Source: Paragordius varius
Lineage: Eukaryota > Animalia > Nematomorpha
Direction of reading: 5' to 3'
Assembly (NCBI GenBank): GCA_964247055.1
Contig: OZ176050.1
Location: forward strand, 3,658,001-3,722,000
Length of the DNA stretch: 64,000 nucleotides
Positions 12,844 through 24,524 of this stretch are shown here, piece after piece (the first letter of the stretch is position 1; every line of letters starts with the position of its first letter). A model generated the notes under the pieces. That model saw only the letters and a program-made list of their open reading frames with translations, searched no databases and had not been told where the DNA came from. The translations under genes and the position numbers were made by a program.

Positions 12844-15687
12844 TTATTTATAAAAATAAAAATTTACTTTTGATAGGGCTTTTAAAATTTTTTTGATTAT
12901 AATTTCTTGATTAAAATAAGTAGTTTCATATCATACATCTTTTGATTATGACGGAGACTATGTAAGAAATTTTTTGGAATCCCGATAAAGCTTGATTCCT
13001 ACGAAGGATTACGGCAGAGACTATAAGCGAAAACCATCGCAAATATCTGCGAACAAAAAAATAAAAATTATGCTGACAAAGCGTAAAAACATAAAGACAA
13101 ATATTTTTAAAAAACGACCATGCTGAAACCTAAAGTTTTTTTAATTAACTATTTATTTACGATTGAATGTATATTTTATACCAATTTACATCTCAATATC
13201 ACACTTTCGATCTGAAAAAATGATTAAAAAAGTATAGCGGTCTGTAAAAAAATATTTGTTTTAATATCCTTTTTTACTGTAAGACAAACATAGAATTGAT
13301 TCATTATTCTGATACTTAAAAATACTAATTTTTCCAAAAATTATTCATTCCAAATATGTTATAATAGAAAATAATTTTTTTTATTTGGATAAAATTATTA
13401 TTATTATTATTATTATTATATGATTAAAAAATTAATTATGAATCAAACCTCTAAAAGGGCTGTGGCCAGCGCAACCGCACCCACAACTAATGTTTGATGG
13501 GAGACCCACGATTTAATAGAATCCCAGCAGCCCTTAAAACAATTATATTATATAAATATAAAAATATAATTTAAAGGAGAAAAAAATAATTACGATGCCT
13601 CATGTATTTAAGATGGAAAAGCAGCATCACCACACAATTTAATTTTATATTATTATATATAAGTAATTAAAATTATATGTCATATATAAATGCAAAAAGA
13701 TTTTTTGACGAAAAAATACGGCATAGCGATCATAAAACGAGAAAAACGGTTATTTTGGACACCGAAATCACAAAAAAGCACAATTTATAATATTAATAAA
13801 ATTTGTCATTAGGATTCAATGGTACGCTCAACTATAATATTGCATCGGAAAAGAAAAAATTCGTTTTAAGACTATTTTGTTTGCCCAACTTTTTTCCACA
13901 ACAAATACATTATACTTTTAAAAAGGACCATTCAATATTGTAAAATAAATTTATGGTGAAAAAAAAGACATAAAAAAATATAGATTTAAATCGCAAAAGA
14001 AGAAATTTTCATCACAAAATTGAATTAAATGGACTGAAAACATCGATAATTCATTTTGAAAAACCTTTTTGAACAAAATCATGATGTGTAGGGTAAAGTT
14101 TTTTACGAATCAAAAAATTATAACCGGAAAGCAGCCATCATTGCCACTATAAAATATAACTAAGGACCAAACAAAGAGAAGTTAAGCTTTTAAATATTTA
14201 ACTCAAAATAAATTATTAATTATTAATAAAATATATATAAAACTTTGCGTAATTTCGCAAATTTTTTATCTAATTTAAATTAAATAACTAGTTATTTTAT
14301 AAGAAGTGATAAAACCATTGATAAATTCATTTTCGATTCGGTCAAACCCAACCCTAATTTGGTATTACCAAATTAGTTTAAAACGCGCTATTTATAATAT
14401 ACATCTCATCTAACTTTTCTGTAATAGTAGCCAGGAATTTGTGCTTGACATTTTGAAATATCTGAGATGACAAAATCATCAATATCTCGTTTTCGCATCA
14501 CACAACATGTTTGTGGTTGTTTCCATGTGGGGTTTGATCGTGCCCAAGAAGTATTCATAAAGTCGCCTGGCCCATAAACGCCACAACACGTAGCCTATTA
14601 ATCATGAAAAAAAATGTTGTAAATGTATAAAAGCATATTAAATAAAAGATAGTAAAAAATTGTAGGGATACCAGGATACCCCCTAATTGAGAAATTCTAA
14701 AAAAAATAGATTTAATCGTATTCCATAATTAATTATCGGTTTAATTCGTAAACATACGGTAAAAATTGAAATACAGTCAAAACTTAAAAACTACAAATTT
14801 ACTGTATAAAGACATAGCCATTTGTTTAAAAAACTTGTTTTTCCCTTATACATATATATGTACACAGGAAAAAAAGTTATTAAAAAATTTGTAACAAAAT
14901 ACTGATAAAATTTACCAAAACATGGAGATAATCCATGGATCTCGAAATGGTATTTTTTCCATTATCAGCGCCATACTCTGTCCTTATTCGTTGACGTAAT
15001 CGCAAAGTCACTTGATCTTTTATCTATTAAAATATAAAAAATTTAAACTTCAACAATTAAATTATTTTTATTTAATAAATTTTAATTATAATCTAACTAA
15101 ACCTATTTTTATAAAGGATATAATAGTAAATATATAATAAAACAAATTTTTTAAGAGAATAAAAAATCAAATTTTCATTTTCATACCCAAAATATTTGGT
15201 ATTATTACCCCGTTTTCAAAATGTAATCTGAGTTAAATTTAGGTTTAATAATTTATATGATCGCTGATAGGCATATATGATTAAATAACTTAAGTGTTGT
15301 GCTTTGCAGTTAATTAACAGTTTAAGGCTTAATTTAGCCTAAAATTCCAGAAAAAAATGTAAAAAAGGCTATTAAAAATATGCATTTTATAGCTCTAGGT
15401 ATAAAATAAATAAAACTCTATTCGCATTAAAGGATAAAATTAATTAACCCTATATATATATATATATATATATATTAAAATGTACAAATTATTTAAATTT
15501 AGGCAGAATATAAGATTATATTCCTTAAATTAAGGTTTATCTTCTAAACCCTTGTCTTATTTAGATATAACACATTATATATTAATGGGTAAAATTTAAT
15601 AAAATACCAATCAACTAGATTTTTTTAATAAAAATGTTAAAATATCGAGAACAAAAATAAATTGAAGATTTATATATTAGTCGCATA

Positions 15688-15925
15688 TCTATATATTTAT
15701 AAAAATGGAAAATGCTGGCTTTGTGATCTGTTTCCGGAAAACCGGTAAACCCATTCAAATCCAAATATCGAAAAAATATAATGAATGAAAGCCCCGACAA
15801 TAGGTTCGCACTTTTTTTGAAATAGGCCCCCAGTTCGGGCCCATCCCGTGTGAAAAACGGTTTTTTTGAAAACAAAAGTATACAAAATTGTGTCTTTGGG
15901 ACAATTTTCCGGATAACGTGTTGGA
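15688..15925 (+). mobile_element. Helitron 5' fragment
   Basis: A|TCTATATATTTATAAAAATGGAAAATGCTGGCTTTGTGATC head identical to other family members; truncated after ~240 bp. Confidence 0.75.
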
Positions 15926-16522
15926 TTTTTGTTGATATGAAGATTTAAATAGCAAAACCATGAGCAAGCAAATCAATATAAATGAAAGTTTTGGCTTCAA
16001 ATATTGTAATATATAACCATTTTTAAACGTTTTAATTCGTAATAAAGGGCATTATTGAATCCCAGCATAATAAACCATCTGTGTTGACAAACCTCCAATA
16101 TAACCATCATATCACTATTTGATTAGGGGACGAATAAAAAAATAATGTGTGTGTATGATAACATAACAAACATTGGCAATGTTAAAATTGTTGGAAAAAA
16201 ACAGACTTGGTTAGCTGGCAGTTAAAAAAAATAATATGCGTGTGCCCGCGCTTTTGGGTGTTAAATTTTTTACCAAAAAAACTGGAAAGTCATATTCGAA
16301 AGATGAGAAAGAGAAATATAGCAAAAAATGTAATAAATGGAAGTGGAACATTAGTGAAAGAATTAAAAAAATCAATAACTAACGTTATACGAAAAAATTT
16401 AACATAGAATACATATGTGCTAATAACCTCTCAATATGTCTTATGCGAACAATATTTTTTTGATTTCTTATTCGCAAACAAACCACGCATATATATAGAA
16501 GGGGGGATAGAAAGAGAATAAG

Positions 16523-17479
16523 GGTGGGGTGATAGGCGCACTTAACTTGTAAGCCAAGCGTGGCAAGTTGAAGTTAAGCCAGCAAGTGTACACTTGAAGA
16601 TCGGTGATGAAAAAACACCTAAGTCAAGTATTTTGCTTATGAATGTAACATTTTTTTGCCACCCAATTCAAACGGAAATTATTTTGATCATTTTCAGCCA
16701 ATATTTATGAAATAAAGCACAAAAAAATTAATACAATATGCATTAATTGAAGTTTTTCAAACTCACTGGCACGTATCTTATTTAATATTATAGAGTTTTC
16801 TAAATATTAAGCCTGGTAATAATTTTTAGATTGATAACACCATTCGCCCTTAAAACACTTTCCATTATTTTACCACACTACTCATTTTGTTTGGGGTCCA
16901 TTTGCAAATATAATGGGAAGATGTTTATACAATATATCATATATTATTTTTAATTGATTATCAACATTACATTCGAAATAAATTTATGATGAATTACTTA
17001 CATTAGTGAGGTAACTTTTAACGTTTAATAAACGAACATTTGAATTTTTACAGGATTAATATTTAAATATTAATTTTAAGAAATTTTCGAAAATCAAATT
17101 TTTTTATTTAGCATTTTTTATATGCCATATTACCATTTTAAATTATTTCTCTTTTTTATCCACCCAATAAATATATTATTTAGCCAAAATTTATCAAATT
17201 AACAAATTATAGCAATAGCAAAGGTTTGAATTACATATAAAACCTAAATTTTATACATAAATAGTTTTCAAAATAATTTTGTCCATATTTTAAATCTGTC
17301 TGTGGCCTACACCACACTTGCAAAATTTTTAAGTTTTACTTGATCATATGATTTTTTTTCATTTCCAAATCAAGTTTTGCTTGACTTAAGTCGTGTGATG
17401 TTAAATTTTTTTATCACATGAAAAGCCATGATTTGAAAAACTTGCAAGTCAACTCAAAAAAAATTTTTATCACCCCATC
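16523..17479. mobile_element. Non-autonomous DNA transposon (~957 bp), unclassified, 4-bp TSD
   Basis: TIR GGTGGGGTGATA / TATCACCCCATC (1 mismatch), flanked by TAAG on both sides (16519-16522 and 17480-17483). Empty site in unit 3 reads gagaataag|agtggtgacacg (~51.48 kb). Subterminal AAGTCAAG-like motifs. Confidence 0.7.
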
Positions 17480-18927
17480 TAAGAGTGGTGACACGAACTG
17501 GTAATTTGTTTTGTAAATAATAAAAATAGGTGTGGAAAAGGATTTGTCATTAAGCTGAATATAGGTACACACTTTGAAGATTATCTTTACACATTTCAAT
17601 AAAATTAATTTTTAAAATATTATTGTTAAATGTTTTACCTATACGCATTTATAATATGATAAAATAAAAGTCATAAAAAATATTACAAAATCGTACAAAA
17701 AAATTAAATTTAAACTAGTTTAAATGGATTCCAATATTTCTCTAAATTTTAGCACTAGCTAATTTCAAAAATCAAATCAAAACATACATCATGAGTTATA
17801 AACAGGTATAAATAAAATATATGCATTAGAAATATATAAATGTATTAAAATATATATCTCTAGGTGATATTGTCATCCTACATAATGAATACATTAAAAA
17901 ATATTTTTTACCTCTGGACGATATATAGCAGCGGCACCAAATGAATATTGAGCTACCAAGATTAACAGGAGAAGGATATAATACTAAAAAAAATAAAAAA
18001 TATAGATAATTATTTTGTATAAAAAATATTATTTAACGGTTTATATAATAGCGCAAATAATTGATATTCATAAAACACTCAAAAGCCTAAACTTTAAAAC
18101 AATCGATCTGCCCAATAAATAAATTAATACGAATACAAGAAACAAATAATTATTCCTGCGTATACACGATTTTTTACAGTTTCAACCTATGTTATGTTAT
18201 TAAAGTTAAAATATAACAAATGTTATAAAAAGATGTGAGTAATGCGGTTAATATTTAATGTTATAAGTTGATCAGGAAAAAGTGAGACAATATACATACG
18301 CCCTTTACGTTAAAAAAAATGAATTGCTAGCATATATTAACATTAAAATAAATGTAAATAACTAATGATTATTACCAATCCAAGCATACTGCGATTTTCT
18401 TGAGCCGCACCATAGCACCCTAAAAATCCAACTAAAATAATAAAACATCCAGATCCTATTAAAAAATAGGCTCCATATTGTAGAAGTGAATCATTGCTGG
18501 TTAAGTCTAGCAGATCAAGGTAGACTTGTTTTACTTCGGAAACCAGAATGTGTATGCCAAAAGAAAGCGTAGCTGCCCCAGCAATCTGAATAGTTAATTA
18601 TATATCACCCCAAAAACAATATTGAATAATATGAGTAGATTTTTTGGATATTTGGGTATCAAGGTGTGTATCAAGAAAAGGGTGTAGCTGACCCACGTCG
18701 CTATTGTCCACAAAAGACGTCCCTTGCTGCCCTTCCATACACCAGTTAATGGTGGTTCAATGACAGCCGTCGATTTACGTCGGGGGTCGGGTTGACTTCC
18801 AGGGAGATAATGAGAAGTTTATATAAGGACATGTATGAATTAAAATGAGGATATATTGGACATTTACAGATAAAATATATCCTATCGACTATATCCTAAA
18901 TTTTATACTAATGTTTAATAGATCTTA

Positions 18928-20930
18928 TCTATATATTTAAAAAAATGGAAAATGGCTTTGTGATCTGGTATCGGAAAACCGGTAGACCCATTCAAATCCA
19001 AATTTCAAAAAAATATAATCATTAATGAATGCCCCAATAGCTTCGCCCTTTTATTGAAATAGGCCTCCAGTTCGGGCTTACCCCGGGTAAAAAATGGGTT
19101 AAGTCAATTTTTTGGAGAACGTGTTAGGCCATTCAATTTCAAATATGATTTTTGTTTACTTATTTTTGATCGCGCTGAACATAGTCGACTTACTTTTTTG
19201 AATTAGGCACTCTTTTTACCCGCTACCCCCGTAAAATGCCATTTTTTCAAAAAAAAAACAAAGTTCACAAAAATAATTTTTTGATTGTATTTTTTGCCCA
19301 AAGTATGAGTGTAAAAATTCGAGAAGGATTTTTCGTATTGCCTGTTAAAAGGCAAAAATTTTAGTCAAGCGTTTCTTTGATGATAGCTGCTGAGTAAGGA
19401 GCTACCCGCTAAAAACTGTGTCCTCATGTAACTTTGTGATCTGATTCCGGAAAAGAACCCAATCATATCCAAATATCGAAAAAATATAATCATTAATGAA
19501 TGCCCCGACAATAGCTTCACCCTTTTTTGGAATTAGGTCCCCAGTTCGGGCCTACCCCGTGTGAAAAATGGGTTAAGTCAATTTTTTGGAGAACATGTTG
19601 GACCATTCAATTTCAAATATGATTTTTGTTTACTTATTTTTGATCGCGCTGAACATAGTGACTCACTTTTTTGATTTAGGCCCTCTTTTTACCCGCTACA
19701 CCCGTAATGTCATTTTTTTCAAAAAAAAAACAAAGTCCATAAAAATAATTTTTTGATTGTTTTTTGCCCAAGTTATGAGACTGTAAAAATTCGAGATTTT
19801 TCGCATTGCCTGTTAAAAGGCAAAAATTTTAGTCAAGCGTTTCTTTGATGATAGATGCTGAGTAAGGAGTATCTATCATATATATAGCATGTTAAAAGAT
19901 ATATGGATATTAATACATTTATGGTAATCTATATATTTATAAAAATGGAAAATGCTAGCTTTGTGATCTGGTACAGGAAAACCGGCAGACCCAATCAAAT
20001 CCAAATATCGAAAAAATATAATCATTAATGAATGCCCCGACAATAGCTTCGCCCTTTTTTTGAAATAGGCCCCCAGTTCGAGCCCACCCCGTGTGAAAAA
20101 CAGGTTTTTTTGAAAACAGAAGTCCACAAAAATCGTGTCTTTTAGATAATTTTCTGGAGAACGTGTTGGTCCATATTTCAAATATAATTTTTGCTTACTA
20201 ATTTTCGATTGTGCCGAACATAGTCGAGTCACTTTTTTGATTTAGGCCCTCTTTTTACCCGCTTCCCCCGTAAAATGCCATTTTTTAAAATATTTTTTTA
20301 AATCTATTTTAGGCCCTAGGTATGAGACCGTAAAAATTCAATATGGATTCCACGTATTCCTTGTTTAAAGGCAAAAAATTAGTCAAGGGTTTCTTTGATG
20401 ATAGCTGCTGGGTAAGGAGCTACCCGCGAAAAACTGACCCGTCATATCGAAATAGCGTGCTTTTGGGGCCAAATTTCAGAAAACCTATCAGGCCATATGA
20501 GGTCAATAGCTGCTTAAAGTATTACCCTTAAAAGGCAAAAATTTAAGTCGAGCGGATTTTTTGAATAAGCCGTCCAATAGGCCCTTTACTCCTTAAAAAT
20601 GCGCTATCATTAACCTATTATTTCGTTTTGAAGCCATTCTTCCATAAACTATTAGGAATTAACGATAATTCCAAGTATAAAGGCAAAATTTTTTATCTAA
20701 CTACATTTATATATTGGGTTCTGGGTAGGGGACTACCCGCCTACAACTGCGCCATCATATCGATACAGCATGCATTTGGAGTGAGTCAATTTTCAGAATA
20801 TGAGACTATGTGAATCATTTTAAAACTTCGTGCCGCATACCTACATTGCTTATAAAATCAAAAATGCCCCCCCCCCCCCCCGCCGAAGTCCGAAGGCTCG
20901 GGCTGCGTAGCAGCACGAGATTTACGCTAG
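18928..20930 (+). mobile_element. Composite two-headed Helitron with internal ~450-500-bp tandem units
   Basis: TC heads at 18928 and 19928; repeated tttgtgatctg...aaaggcaaaaatttt units; 3' hairpin ctcgggctgc-gta-gcagcacgag, then CTAG at 20927-20930, then T. Confidence 0.85.
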
Positions 20931-21785
20931 TACATGCATAAAATCTAATAAAGAGATTTAAAATTAGAAGTTTTAAAAGCAAAATAAGAATATAAAATGC
21001 TTTTCTCTAAGTTACGCAGTGTAGTTCAAGAGGGATAACGTTCAACTTGGTCCTAGCAACGAAACGTAAACTTTCCCGTGCCTGTGTCAATCTTTACTCC
21101 TATGCGCGACTACAGCGGAACACCCCACTGCGCTCCTATCATTATGCTAAAAAGCAAAGGCATACTAATGGGGAGCCTTAGTGAGTGAGAGTGAAATCTT
21201 AGTCGAAGCGGTACACATCCCGCTAAGCTATAGGCTATCCGGGATAGATCGTTACAATCAGCGTCATGCATTTGTCCAACCAATACTCACATGCAATACA
21301 TTCCCTGGTATATAGGATATAATGCGTATTTTTGACTATATTTGTTATAGTGATAGTATTACCATTATTATGAAGTTATCTGATTATGAGGTATATCATA
21401 CATAAGTAAGCAGGTAGGCCATTGGTAAATGGTCCATACTAATTTACAATAAAGCAAACAGATATTTAGCATATAAAATAACGAAAAATTAAAAGAAAAA
21501 AAGATTAGCACTTGGTTAAAAGATGTAAGTAGAAATAACAAAAAGTATTTATCAAGGGTCCTACATGGTAATAAGAAAAAATGTGTTTTTTTTACTAAAT
21601 TTGAAAAAAAACAATGCTGTTGTTGATGGTAATTTTCCTATATGATATTTTTTAAAAAATTTGCGAAAATTAAGTTATCTAGAGTTAGTCTGGCAAGAAT
21701 GATTTACCATCCAATCGGCCTGATTAATTTATAACATTAGATTGTACTCTAAAAAATTAAATATTTAAATTTAATTGTGTATGGC

Positions 21786-24317
21786 TAAGGTGACCAGACG
21801 TCCCGCTTTTGGCGGGACAGTCCCGCTTTTTCACACTTTGTCCCGCCTCCCGCTACGTTTATAATATGTCCCGCTTTTTCATGATTATATAAAAAAAAAT
21901 TTTTTTTAACACAAATAATTTTTTTTTAATACAAATAAATTTTTTTATTTTAAATTAAAATTTTTTATTTTTAAATTAAAAATATTTATTTTTTTCCAAT
22001 TTATATCATATGATTATACACTTTCCTTCCTGCTACTACTGTCATTAATATCAAAAAGCCAAGTTATACTAGATCAAAAGACAAATTGATACCATAAATC
22101 GATACCTTACACGCTTTTTCCAGAAAATTAAAATATAACATTTATTATAGTAATATTTAGTTCATAAATATGAACACGAAAAGAGGCTGTAAATTCAATG
22201 ATGAATTAGATTTTCCTTTCATTAAAAAAACGAAGAATGAATCGTCTGTTAAATGTCTTATATGCGATGGGGAATTCACCCTGGCACATGGCGGCAAACA
22301 TGACATTACAAAGCATATTGATACACAGAAACATCAAAAATGTTTAATTATAACAGCATCATCTCACAAGATGAACGATTTTTTTCGAAAAACCGCTTTT
22401 GGAGAGGAAGAAAAGAATTTAGCACTTGCTGAGGGCCTGTTTTCCTTTCACGCCTTAAATCATTGCCATTCATTTCGTTCAATGGATTGTACCCACAGGT
22501 TATTCGCACGTTATTAAATAAAAAATTTACATGTGCCCGTACAAAGGCTGAAGCCATTGTATGCAATGTTTTTTCGCCACATGCGTTTTCTGAAATACAA
22601 AAAAACATAATCAAGCTTCTCTCTTTCAAAATGTTATTAAATTTATTGAAGGTGACAAAATTTCGGCAGTCGAAGTAGCCAATGAAGTTAGGAACCTGAA
22701 CTTCCAATGTCAAGAACGGTTAGAAAATAATTTTATTCCATTAATCATCCGCAATACAATAAATGATTTAGAAAAACAAGGCTTAATAAATCGCCAAGAT
22801 ATCCTGTACCATATAAAATTTATACAAACTGTAAAGATTATTTGGAAGACTGGACGACGCAATTCAATGAAATTGATCATTTTCATTGGATAATTAGAAT
22901 CAGAATTTAATTGGTGCGATGTTCAAAAATCATTTGATTATATCTGCTTCCAAAAATTCTCAAAAATTAATCTTTCAGAAAATGATCTTTTTTCTGAAGT
23001 ATCATTAGTTAAAAGATATATTAATAATGAAAAACTTAAATTATGGACAAAAGAAAAATATACAGTAGAAGAGAAATGGTTGGAAATATTTCATCATTTT
23101 GAAGCTAACTATATTACATACAATAATATTTTAAAAATTGTGGAATTCGCTCTATCTTTACCTGGAACCAACGCTGCTACTGAGCGCGTTTTTTCCACAG
23201 TAAATCAGGTGTGGACATCGGAAAAATTAAATTTAAATGTTGAAACTTTGAAGGCCGTTTTATCTGTCAAATATAATTTGACGAATTCTAGTGAAGACTT
23301 CTACAATACCAAAGAATAAAATATTTTCTTTAAAGTTTTTGTGTTAAAAAACATAATTACCTAAAATATTGTATAAATCTTCATAGTTTGTCAAATTATA
23401 TTTGAACACATAAAAGGTCTTTTATTCAACATTTAAATTTGATTCCGTGTCCACACTTGATTTACTGTGGAACGCGTTCAATAGCAGTGGTTCAGGTAAA
23501 GATAATGCAAATTCTACAATAAAATATTATTGTATGGAACATAATTTTTTTAAAAATGATTATTTTAACTTATCCTACGTATTTTATTCTGTTGTTTATA
23601 ATATAAGCTTTCATTCAATTTATTTATAATGAGACTTCATTAAAAAGTGTCATTGTGCACAGTTTTGTCTTCCAAATAATCGTTTCTGTTTGTATAAAAC
23701 ATTTTTATATTCTGGCTATTCATTGAGCCTTGTTTTTCTGGATGCTTTATGATATTGCGATTAAGTAATGGTATAAAATTATTTTCTAACCTTTTTTGAC
23801 TTGGAATTTTGACCTTTGTCCTGTGATAAAAATTAGGATTCTAGGAGATCACATTTTTATAAATATTTCAATTGCTGGCAAAAGAGTTAACCAACAGTTC
23901 TGCAATACCCAAGCATTTTAACATCTATATTTTCCACATCCAGGGGTAACTCAGTAGCTGTTTGAATAGCGTTGTGTATCTGCCAATAATGTTTTGATTA
24001 AGATTATTCGCTAAATTGTTAAAAATATTTTTTGTGCCTCTTCTTGCATCACCCAGCGCATTTTGTGATGATTTCGTCTTTATTATTTTTTTTAGAATAT
24101 TACAATCACTTCACCCTTTGTTCGTGCACATGTAAATTTATTGAATAAGGTACAAACAACCTGTGAGGTACAAATTTTTTTATATTATAATTTATTTGTG
24201 TTAAAAATAAATAAATATTACAATAAATTTTTTGTATAAAAATTTTTGGTTGTACCCCCCAATGACCCCCCCCTCAGATTTGTCCCGCTTTTTCCTTCAA
24301 AAAATCTGGTCACCTTA
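21786..24317 (+). mobile_element. hAT DNA transposon (Blackjack-like ends), defective and internally rearranged
   Basis: 13-bp TIR TAAGGTGACCAGA / TCTGGTCACCTTA; perfect 8-bp TSD TGTATGGC (21778-21785 and 24318-24325); subterminal GTCCCGC repeats. Frameshifted transposase with zinc finger (KCLICDGEF...HDITKHIDTQKH) and dimerisation domain (LSLPGTNAATERVFS). Confidence 0.93.
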
Positions 24318-24524
24318 TGTATGGCAAAAAATAACAAACAATTGTAATTAAACATTTTTTCGCTTGTTAAATTGATTTTGCACTAATTTTTATGCCTTTT
24401 AAGTTATTGTATTTGTAAAATTATGTGAGAAACCAATAAAATTTATTAATATGTTGCATGAGTAAATCACAAAATATTATTATAATAAAAAAATAATCAT
24501 ACAATATTATAAAGATATTTATAA

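Noticed and set aside
19876-20232. Recurrent 60-120-aa ORFs (MTRLCSAQSK..., KKPFFTRGGPELGAY...) also at 1493, 15615, 32280, 41452, 42988, 56972 and 62476
   Set aside because: All fall in the non-autonomous Helitron repeat; frames differ between copies; no Rep/helicase motifs.
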